Assembly (NCBI GenBank): GCA_963675665.1 | Contig: OY776510.1 | Coordinates: 480,001 to 544,000, forward strand | Reading direction: 5' to 3' | DNA: 64,000 nucleotides | Source: Spirochaetia bacterium | GTDB lineage: Bacteria > Spirochaetota > Spirochaetia > UBA9216 | In this document: one piece after another, positions 36,881-46,765 of the stretch | Layout: each line of letters starts with the position of its first letter | Numbering within the stretch: position 1 is the stretch's first letter | The notes under the pieces: model-generated | Database searches by the model: none | The model's input: the letters and a program-made list of their open reading frames with translations, nothing else | Told to the model about the DNA's origin: nothing | Translations under genes and position numbers: made by a program

Positions 36881-38032
36881 CTATTCTCCTTTTGCCTGCT
36901 TTTTGCTTGAATAAATATCAAACCATACTGCGGTAACAAGTATTGCTCCTTTGACCATATATTGCCAGTATGCGTCCAAGTTCATCATGCTCATCCCGTT
37001 ATCAATAGAAGCCATAAAGAATGCGCCCAGAATGGCTCCAGCCACTTTCCCGGAACCACCGCTCATACTGGCTCCGCCGATAACTGCGGCAGCAATGGCA
37101 TCAAGCTCCATATTCATACCTGCAGTCGGGGTTCCCGCATTCAATCTTGCAGACAGAATGATACCTGCTATTGCTGCCATCAAACCATTGAGGATATATA
37201 CAATTACCAAATTTCGTTGAACTTTAATTCCGGAAAATAATGTTGCTTCAAGATTGCCACCCATTGCATATATACTGCGTCCAAATACAGTTTTTTCTGC
37301 AACAACAGTGAAAATTACAACCAGAATCATCATAATAAGTACTGGAACCGGTATCCCCTGATAGCTGTTCAGGATATAGACTACTCCAAGAACAATTAGA
37401 CAGGCAACAACTGTTTTAACCAAAAACCAGCCAATTGAATCTAGTGAAAAACCGTATCTCTGTCTGGATTTTCGGTTGCTTAATTTGACTATTATAAATA
37501 TCCCACACACTATAATACCTAATATCCAACCAACAAGTTTTGGAATATAAGCCTGGCCAAGCATTTTATATACTTCTTCAAATGGTGCAATCGAAATACC
37601 CTTGGTGATTGCAAGCAATACACCGCGAAATATGAGCAATCCACCTAGCGTAACAATAAAGGCCGGGACACTTAAATAGGAGATTATCGACCCCTGAATC
37701 AAACCTATCAGAACTCCAGAGAATAATACGATAATGATCGTCAAGTAAGGATTTACACCATTCCATACATGCAATGCGGCAGCCATACCGCCGAGAGCAC
37801 CCATGACAGAACCAACTGAGAGATCAATATTACCGGTTATAATCACCAAAACCATTCCAGTTCCAAGAATACCAACTATCGCCATTTGACGCGTAAGATT
37901 GGAGATGTTTCTTGCAAGCAGGAATTTACCTTCCGTCATAAACGTAAAAAATATCCATATGAGAAATAAAGCCCCTATCATGACATAATTTCGCAAGTCT
38001 ATATTTTTTTTATTGAGCTTTTTATCAGCCAT
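36881..38032 (-). CDS. Sugar ABC transporter permease (XylH-like)
   Basis: GNIDLSVGS, VPAFIVTLGG, FGRSIYAMGGN, ELDAIAAAVIGG. Confidence 0.93.
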   Translation of the reverse strand: MADKKLNKKNIDLRNYVMIGALFLIWIFFTFMTEGKFLLARNISNLTRQMAIVGILGTGMVLVIITGNIDLSVGSVMGALGGMAAALHVWNGVNPYLTIIIVLFSGVLIGLIQGSIISYLSVPAFIVTLGGLLIFRGVLLAITKGISIAPFEEVYKMLGQAYIPKLVGWILGIIVCGIFIIVKLSNRKSRQRYGFSLDSIGWFLVKTVVACLIVLGVVYILNSYQGIPVPVLIMMILVVIFTVVAEKTVFGRSIYAMGGNLEATLFSGIKVQRNLVIVYILNGLMAAIAGIILSARLNAGTPTAGMNMELDAIAAAVIGGASMSGGSGKVAGAILGAFFMASIDNGMSMMNLDAYWQYMVKGAILVTAVWFDIYSSKKQAKGE

Positions 38033-39575
38033 TGCTTCCTCCAATTGATGCCTGCATTATTTTTTCCTGCGTTGCATCTTGATAATCAAACTCTCCAGTG
38101 ATTTTCCCCTGACTCATAACAACAATTCGGTCACTCATTCCAAGAATTTCTTCCATTTCAGAAGATATCATGATAATTACAACTCCTTCATCGACAAGTT
38201 GGTTCATGATTTTATATATTTCATATTTAGCCCCAACATCGATTCCTCTGGTCGGTTCATCAAGTATCAATACTTTAGGAGATGTCATTAATGCTTTCTG
38301 CAATACAACTTTTTGCTGATTTCCTCCGCTTAATTTTTTCACTTCAGCTTCAACAGAACTTGTTTTTGTTTTTAAACTTTTAATATACTTTGTAGTCTCA
38401 TAGATTTCTTTATTCACATCAACATATCCAAAGGATGCTACTTTTTCCAGTGATGCCAGGGTTGTATTTTCCTTGACATCCATCCCAAGAACCAATCCAT
38501 ATCTTTTACGATCTTCGGTTACGAGGAAGATTCCATTTTTAAGAGCGTTAACTGTATTTTCTATTTTGATCAGTTCGCCGTCAATATAAACTTCTCCGCT
38601 TTTCTGAGCAGGGAAAGCACCATAAACACTTGTAAAAAATTCTGTTCTTCCCGCCCCCATCAATCCGGCGATTCCAAGTATTTCACCTTTATAGGCTTGA
38701 ATATTCACATCTTTTACAAGCCTTTTTCCCTGAATGTTCGGATCTTTAACTGAATAATTGCGAATCTCAAGAACCAACTCACCCCGCTCATGCTTTACAC
38801 GCGGAAACAGATTTTTCAATTCCCGACCAACCATCATGGAGATAATATCCTGCTTTGTGATTTTTTCTATCTTTTCACTTCCAATCGATTTACCGTCACG
38901 AATTACAGTAACCTGATCAGCAATTCTTATCACCTCATCCAGCCTGTGTGATATATAAATACAGGTGATACCCTTTTTACGTAAACCGTCGATTATTCCA
39001 AGTAGGGTATCAACCTCTTTTTCGGTTAACGCCGCGGTCGGTTCATCCAGAATAAGTATTCTCGCATTCCGGGCAAGCGCTTTCGCAATTTCTACAAGCT
39101 GCTGTTGACCTATCCCAAGGTTAAAAATCTTTTCATTGGGATCAATGTGGTGGCCTGATTTATCCGACTCTTCGCCTAGTCCCACCTGTTTAAGCAGTTT
39201 ATCAGTTTCGGCATAAATCTTGTCCCATTGAATAAACCCATTTTTTACTGGATAATTCCCAAGGAAAACATTCTCACCAACACTTAATTTTGGTATCAGT
39301 TCGAGCTCTTGGTGTATACAGACAATTCCTTTTTTTTCTGCATCGGCCGTATTAATGAATGAACTGTCAACTCCATCAACCAGAATTGTGCCCTCATAAG
39401 AACCGGAAGGATGAACACCGCTGAGAACTTTGATCAGCGTGGATTTTCCGGCGCCGTTCTCTCCACATATTGCATGTACCGTTCCTGCTTCAACATCGAG
39501 ACTGACACTATCAAGGGCTTTTACCCCAGGGAAAACCTTTGTGATGTTCTGCATATTTAAAACATAATTGCTCAT
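38025..39575 (-). CDS. Sugar ABC transporter ATP-binding protein, two NBDs (XylG-like)
   Basis: GENGAGKST, LDEPT twice, LSGGNQQKV, RGIDVGAKYEIY. Confidence 0.95.
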   Translation of the reverse strand: MSNYVLNMQNITKVFPGVKALDSVSLDVEAGTVHAICGENGAGKSTLIKVLSGVHPSGSYEGTILVDGVDSSFINTADAEKKGIVCIHQELELIPKLSVGENVFLGNYPVKNGFIQWDKIYAETDKLLKQVGLGEESDKSGHHIDPNEKIFNLGIGQQQLVEIAKALARNARILILDEPTAALTEKEVDTLLGIIDGLRKKGITCIYISHRLDEVIRIADQVTVIRDGKSIGSEKIEKITKQDIISMMVGRELKNLFPRVKHERGELVLEIRNYSVKDPNIQGKRLVKDVNIQAYKGEILGIAGLMGAGRTEFFTSVYGAFPAQKSGEVYIDGELIKIENTVNALKNGIFLVTEDRKRYGLVLGMDVKENTTLASLEKVASFGYVDVNKEIYETTKYIKSLKTKTSSVEAEVKKLSGGNQQKVVLQKALMTSPKVLILDEPTRGIDVGAKYEIYKIMNQLVDEGVVIIMISSEMEEILGMSDRIVVMSQGKITGEFDYQDATQEKIMQASIGGSNG

Positions 39576-39598
39576 CTTATTCATCCTCTTAAAAAGAA

Positions 39599-39622
39599 CT
39601 GGAGGGCCATCAAGCCCTCCAG
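39599..39622 (-). terminator. Stem-loop after the binding-protein gene
   Basis: CTGGAGGGC/GCCCTCCAG, then TTCTTTT on the minus strand. Confidence 0.7.
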
Positions 39623-39634
39623 CAAGCAAACGAA

Positions 39635-40717
39635 CTACTTAGGCCACTGGCTTTTCGGAACGTTCTTGTAAACATCCTCAAGTTTATGAAAACCGTCTTT
39701 AATTATTATATCAACCATATTGTCCTTATCAACTGCTACAACATCAACTGAAAAAGAATCAACATCTTTGGTTCCATTATTGAGCTTTGTCCAGACACCT
39801 AATGAACTATCCATGACATTAAGAGGATTTTTTCCTTCCGCAAGAGCTACTGCTACTTCCATTGCCGCCAGATTCAGTTTGGCAAGAGGTTTATAAACAG
39901 TACCAGTCTGAAGACCTTCAACTATTCTCTGACAAGCTGCAATGTCCGCATCCTGACCGGCTATTGGAACCTTGCCTGCCAGCCCCTGAGCAGCAAGAGC
40001 CTGGATAGCTCCGCCAGCGGTGCCGTCATTGGAAGCAATAACTGCCTGCACATTATTATCCGCAAGTGTCAAACCGTTTTCCGCATGCTTAAGAGCTTCA
40101 CTTGGAGCCCAACCATTACACCACTGTTCAAGTACAATATTTATATCTCCCCTGTCGATATATGGCTGAAGAATATTTTTATGTCCCTGATAGACAAGGT
40201 GTGCATTAAAATCTTCAGGTCCACCCTTTAACCAGATATAATTACCTTTAGGAGCTTTATTTACTACAAATGTCGCCTGTACTTCACCGACTTTGACAGA
40301 ATCAAAAGTGATATAATAATCAAGGTCACCGTTGCGGACAAGCCGGTCGTATGCTATAACCGGAATTCCAGCTTCATGAGCAGGAGCAACAACTGTTCCG
40401 ACAGCCTCCGAATCCAGGGCCTGCACTATTAAAACGTCGATCCCCTGCACAATCAGGTTTTCACACTGAGACACCTGTTTCTGGGCATCATCTTCCGCAG
40501 ATTGTACAAGAATTTCAATTCCGTGAGCATCGCCGTATTCTTTGAACATATCTATCTCACGCTGCCATCTTTCCTGTTTCAGCGTTCCAATAGAAATACC
40601 TATTTTCGTCGTACCATCGTCAGCAGCCTCCTCTTGCTGACCTGTCGAAAATGCGAATCCGCCAAAAAAAATAGCGAAAACCATAAGGATTACTGCGATT
40701 TTAAATCCTTTTCTCAT
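39635..40717 (-). CDS. Sugar ABC transporter substrate-binding protein (XylF-like; ligand probably inositol-related by context)
   Basis: Signal peptide, ERWQRE, VIAYDRL, SNDGTAGG, GQDAD, QTGTVYKP. Confidence 0.9.
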   Translation of the reverse strand: MRKGFKIAVILMVFAIFFGGFAFSTGQQEEAADDGTTKIGISIGTLKQERWQREIDMFKEYGDAHGIEILVQSAEDDAQKQVSQCENLIVQGIDVLIVQALDSEAVGTVVAPAHEAGIPVIAYDRLVRNGDLDYYITFDSVKVGEVQATFVVNKAPKGNYIWLKGGPEDFNAHLVYQGHKNILQPYIDRGDINIVLEQWCNGWAPSEALKHAENGLTLADNNVQAVIASNDGTAGGAIQALAAQGLAGKVPIAGQDADIAACQRIVEGLQTGTVYKPLAKLNLAAMEVAVALAEGKNPLNVMDSSLGVWTKLNNGTKDVDSFSVDVVAVDKDNMVDIIIKDGFHKLEDVYKNVPKSQWPK

Positions 40718-40749
40718 AAAATCCTCCTGAATTTATTTAATACACCATT

Positions 40750-40778
40750 AGAGTACCACTGGTATACCGTTATGTCAA
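40750..40778 (-). promoter_or_regulatory. Sigma70 promoter of the transport/iol operon with putative GntR operator copy 3
   Basis: Minus strand TTGACA (40778-40773), 17 nt, TACTCT. ACGGTATACCAGTGGTACTC (40770-40751) covers the spacer and the -10. Confidence 0.75.
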
Positions 40779-40790
40779 GAAATTATTTAA

Positions 40791-41549
40791 TCAGACTATC
40801 AGGAATATAACAGAAACAAAAGTAGCAATGATAACGAATATCCTGTATGGTTTTTCAGGAATGTATTTAACAAGGAAGAACCCGAGAAGCCCTCCGACAA
40901 TAAGGCCCGGAATCATTAAAAGATCAAAACAAAAAGACTGCAGACTGATAGTTTTCCAGACAAACAGATGAAACGGAACCTTTGCCAGATTCACAAGCCA
41001 GAAAAACCATGCCCTGGTAGAAATGAATTCATTTTTATTCAAATTTATTGAAAGAAAGTAGACTGCAATTATCGGACCTGCTGCATTTCCAATCATTGTA
41101 GCAAAGCCGCCGAGCAGTCCAATCACAGCATTTGTATACCAATGACTTTCAACCTTGATTTCGCGACCGGTAACTTCTTTTATTATCATAAATATCAGAA
41201 CAACAAACACTGCCCCTGCAATTATTTTCTTGAAAACTGAATCATTAACATAATTCCCGATTAAGATTGCTGTAACTATTCCGGCCAGAGCCCACGGAAA
41301 AAGTCCTAAAAGGGCCCGCCATTGTATCGATTTCCGATAGGAAAAAACCGCAATTATATCCGCAAGAATCAGCATCGGAACCATTACCCCGGTCGAAGCC
41401 CTTCCGCCGAAAACAGCGGCAAGAAGGGGTATTGATATCAATTGTATGCTTAGAAGCCCTGTCTTGTTAGCGCCGATCAACGCTGCGGCGCCAAAAACCA
41501 GCAGCCACTGCACCGGGCTGAAGCCGAATGAGTTTAAGAAATCAATCAT
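40791..41549 (-). CDS. TauE/SafE (sulfite exporter family) membrane protein
   Basis: GANKTGL, GGFATMIGNAAGP, WFFWLVNLAKVP; about 8 TM. Confidence 0.85.
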   Translation of the reverse strand: MIDFLNSFGFSPVQWLLVFGAAALIGANKTGLLSIQLISIPLLAAVFGGRASTGVMVPMLILADIIAVFSYRKSIQWRALLGLFPWALAGIVTAILIGNYVNDSVFKKIIAGAVFVVLIFMIIKEVTGREIKVESHWYTNAVIGLLGGFATMIGNAAGPIIAVYFLSINLNKNEFISTRAWFFWLVNLAKVPFHLFVWKTISLQSFCFDLLMIPGLIVGGLLGFFLVKYIPEKPYRIFVIIATFVSVIFLIV

Positions 41550-41586
41550 CTGAATTATCCTGTAAAAGGCAATGCCCGGTTTTCAA

Positions 41587-43272
41587 TCAGCCCTGCTTCT
41601 CTATTTTGGCCCAGGTGTCGCGAAGGCCTACCGTTCTGTTGAATACCGGCTTTTCAGCCGTTGAATCAGGATCTACACAGAAATATCCCTGGCGAAGAAA
41701 CTGTATGCTCGAGAAAGACTTCTCTGCCGCAAGAGCCGGTTCTACACGGCAGTCGGTAATCAGTTCCAGTGAATCCGGATCAAGATCATCAAGAAAATTT
41801 CCGGTTGCCGCTCCGGGGTTTTCGGCATTAAAAAGATGAGAGTACTGCCTAACTTCAGCCTTTACAGCGTGTTCGGCTGAAACCCAGTGGCTTGTTCCCT
41901 TAACTTTGCGCCCGTCGTCGGTCCAGCCGCCTTTTGATGCGGGATCATAGGTGCAGTGAACTTCAAGGATTTCGCCTGTTGCCTCATCCTTTTTATAGTC
42001 GACGCATGTAACGTAATATGCATGCTTCAGCCTTATTTCTTTACCCGGCGCGAGCCTGAAATATTTTTTGTTCGGGGCTTCTTCCCGAAAATCATCCTGT
42101 TCTATCCAGAGCTCCCCGGAGAAAGGGATTTTCCGTGTGCCGCCATCCGGATCCTCTGGATTATTCTCGCCGTCGAACCATTCTACCTGACCCTCGGGAT
42201 AGTTATCGATTATCAGTTTCAGCGGTTTCAGGACGGCCATTCTGCGCAGCGCGCGTTTATTAAGATCTTCACGCAGACAATGTTCAAGCAGGGCGATATC
42301 CACCGTGCTGTCCACCTTTGCAACGCCGATACGCGAACAAAATTCCCTGATCGATTCGGGAGTATAACCTCGGCGTCTCATGCCGCTGATTGTAGGCATA
42401 CGCGGATCATCCCACCCGTTTACATGATTTTCCTTAACAAGCTGAAGCAGTTTCCGCTTGCTCATTACCGTATAGTTTAAATTCAACCGTGCAAATTCAA
42501 TCTGCTGCGGGTGATGAATGTCGCCGATCCGGTTGATAAACCAGTCATAAAGGGGCCTGTGGTCTTCAAACTCAAGCGTACAGATTGAGTGTGTAATCCC
42601 TTCGATTGAATCTTCAAGCCCGTGGGCCCAGTCGTACATTGGGTATATACACCACTTGTTTCCCTGCCGAGGATGTGAAGCTCTTACAATCCTGTACATA
42701 ACGGGATCCCTCATATTAAGGTTTCCTGATGATAGATCAATCTTTGCCCGAAGGGTCCTTGAACCGTCTTCAAATTCCCCGTTCTTCATTTTCTCAAAGA
42801 GTTCAAGGTTTTCCTCAATACTTCGGTCTCTGTACGGACTGGGTTTTCCCGGAGTTTTCAGGGTTCCGCGGTATTCACGGATTTCTTCGGCTGTCAGGTC
42901 GTCTACATAAGCCTTGCCGTCTTTTATCAGTGCAATTGCCCATTCATACATCTTTTCAAAGTAATCGGATGCATATAGAGCTTCTCCTCCCCAGTCGAAA
43001 CCGAGCCAGGCAACATCGTTCTGTATTGAATCAATGTATTCCTGCTCTTCCTTTGCCGGGTTTGTATCGTCAAAACGAAGGTTGCATTTACCTTTATAAT
43101 CCTGAGCTATACCGAAATTCAGACAGATGGACTTGGCGTGGCCTATATGAAGGTACCCGTTCGGCTCGGGAGGAAACCGGGTAACAACCCCGCTCCGTTT
43201 TCCCGATGCAAGATCGGCGTCTATAATATCGCGAATAAAATTCGACGGTGCTTTTTTTTCGGCGTCAGACAT
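41587..43272 (-). CDS. glnS: Glutamine--tRNA ligase
   Basis: [59 protein letters not shown]. Confidence 0.97.
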   Translation of the reverse strand: MSDAEKKAPSNFIRDIIDADLASGKRSGVVTRFPPEPNGYLHIGHAKSICLNFGIAQDYKGKCNLRFDDTNPAKEEQEYIDSIQNDVAWLGFDWGGEALYASDYFEKMYEWAIALIKDGKAYVDDLTAEEIREYRGTLKTPGKPSPYRDRSIEENLELFEKMKNGEFEDGSRTLRAKIDLSSGNLNMRDPVMYRIVRASHPRQGNKWCIYPMYDWAHGLEDSIEGITHSICTLEFEDHRPLYDWFINRIGDIHHPQQIEFARLNLNYTVMSKRKLLQLVKENHVNGWDDPRMPTISGMRRRGYTPESIREFCSRIGVAKVDSTVDIALLEHCLREDLNKRALRRMAVLKPLKLIIDNYPEGQVEWFDGENNPEDPDGGTRKIPFSGELWIEQDDFREEAPNKKYFRLAPGKEIRLKHAYYVTCVDYKKDEATGEILEVHCTYDPASKGGWTDDGRKVKGTSHWVSAEHAVKAEVRQYSHLFNAENPGAATGNFLDDLDPDSLELITDCRVEPALAAEKSFSSIQFLRQGYFCVDPDSTAEKPVFNRTVGLRDTWAKIEKQG

Positions 43273-43413
43273 AAGATTTCTCCTGTGAAACAATTGTTAT
43301 CAATTACAGTATATTCGTGGCAGGAATTTTAAAAAATCGGAGATTTTCAATCTCTTGAATTTTGAAATTCCCTCAAAAGATTAGCACAAATATCAAGTTG
43401 TGTGGAGTGGGAA

Positions 43414-44772
43414 TCAGCAGATGATCGCTTCCAGATCTATTCCATTGACCCCGGTAATCTCCGAATCAATGAAATCTCCGGCAGAAAGGCTTCCTTCTTC
43501 AGCATGAAGCACCACCAGTCCGTCAACTTCCGGTGCCTGAAGCCATGCGCGGCAGAGGTAAAGGTTTTCCTGTTCGACAGGTTCTTCAACAAGCAGCCGC
43601 TGGCGTGTTCCGATAAATCTTTGAAGCCTCGAAGAACTGATTTCTGTCTGCAGCGCCTGCAGCCGTCCAAGGGTTTTTTGGGCAGATGCTGCCCGTTTTT
43701 TAAGCTTCCTCGGCCCTTCAATATCATAGGCGGCGGTGTCTTCCTCACGGGAGTAAATAAAGAAACCGGCCCATTCAATTTGTGCCGCTGTTATAAATCG
43801 TTCAAGTTCTTCGACATCTTCGCGCCGCTCACCCGGAAACCCGAGCATGAAAGTAGTCCGAATCACAGCATCGGGAAGCTTTGCCCGGATATGATTAATA
43901 AGCTCAAGATATATATCGGCATTTCCTTTCCGGTTCATCGCCGAAAGGACCGGCGCAGAGGCATGCTGAAAAGGTATGTCAAAGTACGGAACAATCCGGC
44001 CTCCGGAAGATGCGCATATATCGAGAATTTCCGCAGGGAATTTATCAGGATGGATATAAAGCATCCTGACGATAAAATCGCCGGGCAGTTTACCAATCCC
44101 GGTCAGGAGACGGGGCAGCAGGCATTCTCCGGAATTAATATCTTCCCCGTAGGACCCAAGGTCCTGTGCAATAAGATTAATCTCTTTAATTCCCATATCA
44201 GCTGTAAGATGTTCTGTCTCTTTTATAATACTTTCAACCTGTCGGCTTCTTACAGAGCCGCGAATTATCGGAATAGCGCAAAAACTGCAGTTGTTGCTGC
44301 AGCCTTCGGACAGCTTTACATAGGAGGAAGAAGCCCCGGAAAGGAGCTCTTTTCTGCTGACGGATAATGAATCGTCAAGCTTTTCGGTGTCCGGAATTCT
44401 GACCAGCATTTTATCCGATGCCGATAACTCTTCCAGGTAATCTGCAATCCATGATACCGCGTAATTTCCGAAAATACCGTCAAGCTCAGGCATCGATTCA
44501 GAAAGTTCCGAATAATAACGCTGGGCAAGACATCCGGCGGCAACAACTGCCGCATCAGGAAATGCATCGCGAAGAGATATCAGCACATCTATCGATTCCT
44601 CTTTTGCAGGTTCAATAAATCCGCAGGTGTTTACGATTATTACTGAAGCAAGAGCCGGTTCATATGCTCTTTTCCAGCCGGCTGAATCAAGCGCCGCAAT
44701 CATGACCTCAGCGTCAACCTGATTCTTGGCACAGCCGAGATTTTCAATATAGTAAGATTTTTCTGAATTCAA
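43414..44772 (-). CDS. rimO: Ribosomal protein S12 methylthiotransferase
   Basis: LGCAKNQVDAE, NTCGFI..AKEES, GCLAQRY, EGCSNNCSFCAIP, APEVDG. Confidence 0.95.
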   Translation of the reverse strand: MNSEKSYYIENLGCAKNQVDAEVMIAALDSAGWKRAYEPALASVIIVNTCGFIEPAKEESIDVLISLRDAFPDAAVVAAGCLAQRYYSELSESMPELDGIFGNYAVSWIADYLEELSASDKMLVRIPDTEKLDDSLSVSRKELLSGASSSYVKLSEGCSNNCSFCAIPIIRGSVRSRQVESIIKETEHLTADMGIKEINLIAQDLGSYGEDINSGECLLPRLLTGIGKLPGDFIVRMLYIHPDKFPAEILDICASSGGRIVPYFDIPFQHASAPVLSAMNRKGNADIYLELINHIRAKLPDAVIRTTFMLGFPGERREDVEELERFITAAQIEWAGFFIYSREEDTAAYDIEGPRKLKKRAASAQKTLGRLQALQTEISSSRLQRFIGTRQRLLVEEPVEQENLYLCRAWLQAPEVDGLVVLHAEEGSLSAGDFIDSEITGVNGIDLEAIIC

Positions 44773-44808
44773 GTGGTCCTCTTGAAAGAAAAGGATTTTA
44801 TAAGACCT

Positions 44809-45981
44809 CTAATATACCGGTACAAGCTGCAGCTCATAAACTGAGCGGTCCCTGTTGTATTCCCATTGAATACGCCGTGCTGTTACAGCTCCGGAACCGC
44901 CGAGACTGATGTCGACACCGTTAACCTTCGCCGCAAGAGCGCCCGCATTGGAAGCCCGCAACGATACTGCCGAATCTGCATCCAGTCGGAAGGTCTCTCC
45001 CTTATGAAAATACCGCTCTACACGTTCACCGCCGTCCTGCTCATATCTAAACAGACAGTAACCCCTGAAAATAATATTTAAAGTAAAAGGTTCCGTTTCT
45101 TCGGCTTCCCTGATTACAAATGTGTCAACAACACGCGACGGCGCGCCCGCCCGTCCGGTGTTTGTTCCGGAAACCGCTTCCGTACCGGCCCCGGCAGCCG
45201 GAGATTCTGCAACCGCAGGAGTCCCGGCAGCAGCCGGCTCTCTTGGTCCTTCGGATTGTACAAACCGGTCAAGATGCAGAACAAGCGAACCCGTACCGGG
45301 ATTTAAACTTCTGAGAAGCAGCCTGATATCAGCAGAGGAATCTCCGTCGAGATCCAGAAGCGCTTCTTCATCAGCGGCCATCTCCAATTCGCCCTGAGGA
45401 TATATAAATCTGGCTTTTCCTCCGATTTCCGCTATAACAAGCTGATAACTGTTCTCTTTTATCAATACGGAAACTGCATCGTTTTCATCAAATCTTTTTT
45501 CAAGCACCTCGTCGGCAAACTCGTATGTGTTTTTAACAGCAATTTTAACCTGCTTTTCCAATGCGGAGTTTCCGGCCTCGGCAGTTTCCTCTGCAGGTGT
45601 ATTTCGTCCTGCAATAAAATTCGGATAAACAAGAAAATAACCCGCAGCGCCTATTGCAAGCAGAAGGATTACAAGAATTGCAATAACAGCGCCCCTGGGA
45701 AGAGGTTTACGCTGCACAAGCAATTCTTCCATCGGTGCAGGCTGTTCCTGTATCCTGAAATTATGATAGAGATTTATCATTTCCTGCGGATCAAGGCCCA
45801 GAAATTCCGAATAGTTGCGAAGAAAACCCAGAACATATGTTTCCCCCGGAAAAGAATCATAATTCTCCGTTTCAAGAGCAGTCAGATAGCTTTTGGCAAT
45901 GTTGGTTTCCCGGGCAATCTGTTCGATTGAAAAACCCAGAGATTCTCTGGCAGATACAAGTTTCTGACCTATTGATTCCAT
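44809..45981 (-). CDS. RodZ-like protein (HTH, TM, DUF4115-like C-terminus)
   Basis: SIGQKLVSARE...FPGETYVLGFLRNYSEFLGL, one TM, SNAGAL...NG; lies next to rimO. Confidence 0.85.
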   Translation of the reverse strand: MESIGQKLVSARESLGFSIEQIARETNIAKSYLTALETENYDSFPGETYVLGFLRNYSEFLGLDPQEMINLYHNFRIQEQPAPMEELLVQRKPLPRGAVIAILVILLLAIGAAGYFLVYPNFIAGRNTPAEETAEAGNSALEKQVKIAVKNTYEFADEVLEKRFDENDAVSVLIKENSYQLVIAEIGGKARFIYPQGELEMAADEEALLDLDGDSSADIRLLLRSLNPGTGSLVLHLDRFVQSEGPREPAAAGTPAVAESPAAGAGTEAVSGTNTGRAGAPSRVVDTFVIREAEETEPFTLNIIFRGYCLFRYEQDGGERVERYFHKGETFRLDADSAVSLRASNAGALAAKVNGVDISLGGSGAVTARRIQWEYNRDRSVYELQLVPVY

Positions 45982-45985
45982 TTAA

Positions 45986-46687
45986 TCATCCTTCAGGTTC
46001 AAAGAGAAAATTCTTGATTTCATATGCTGAAGCCGGTGCTTCGTATTCAAAACGAACATCAGGTATATTCTGGTTGATTTCAATTCCCAGAAAATCAAAC
46101 TGAACTTCTTCCATTTCCGGGGTTACAGCTTTCATTCGCCGGATAAGATTATCAGCCCCTACCGACATTTCAATCTGCCTGAACCCCTGGTCGGTTGTTC
46201 GCCACTCAAGTTTGAGCTTTGTAACCATTTCGTCCGAGCCTTCATCAAGCGGCACAGGATCCGGCCCGTCGAGATAACTGATACTGTATCCCTTTTCGAG
46301 CAGCTCAAGTCCCTGGCTGCTGGCCATTGAAGCAAGCGTTGAATCGTTATGTCTTTTCAGCTTCTGGACCATCACAACAGCCTGCGACGGCAGATAAATC
46401 ATCAGATCTTCCCCGGTTACACAAATCACCTGCTCTTCAGGTTCACTGAAATCTATCCTCAGAAGATTGGGGTTTTTGTAGTAGATAGTACCAGTCGAGA
46501 CGGCATCGGTATCCCCTGCGCTCTGGGTTATTACCAGTTCCGCATCATAGTCAAACACTTCACCGTAGCGATCAGAAACCTGTTCAAAGAAACTGACTGC
46601 TGTAACAAGCTCCTGTGAAACAGTTGAGACTACCGACAGTAAAAAAAATGATATGCTGAAAATAATTATTCGTTTTGTTCTGTTCAA
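45986..46687 (-). CDS. lolA: Outer-membrane lipoprotein carrier LolA-like protein
   Basis: Signal peptide; GTIYYKNPNLLRIDFSEPEEQVI...IYLP; INQNIPDVRFEY. Confidence 0.8.
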   Translation of the reverse strand: MNRTKRIIIFSISFFLLSVVSTVSQELVTAVSFFEQVSDRYGEVFDYDAELVITQSAGDTDAVSTGTIYYKNPNLLRIDFSEPEEQVICVTGEDLMIYLPSQAVVMVQKLKRHNDSTLASMASSQGLELLEKGYSISYLDGPDPVPLDEGSDEMVTKLKLEWRTTDQGFRQIEMSVGADNLIRRMKAVTPEMEEVQFDFLGIEINQNIPDVRFEYEAPASAYEIKNFLFEPEG

Positions 46688-46765
46688 ATTTCCACTTCAT
46701 TTCAAGGATGATGTTTAATTCAATATTACTGATGAGCTGTTATTTGTCAAGAGAAATCAACCGGT

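Noticed and set aside
36881-40717. Naming the transporter xylFGH (xylose uptake)
   Set aside because: The family match is real, but there is no xylA/xylB nearby and it shares an operon and operator with iol genes, so gene symbols were withheld.
43402-44367. 321-aa plus-strand ORF
   Set aside because: Antisense shadow of rimO with no recognisable motifs. The same applies to 3921-4610, 58398-59150, 15377-15967 and the other short antisense ORFs.
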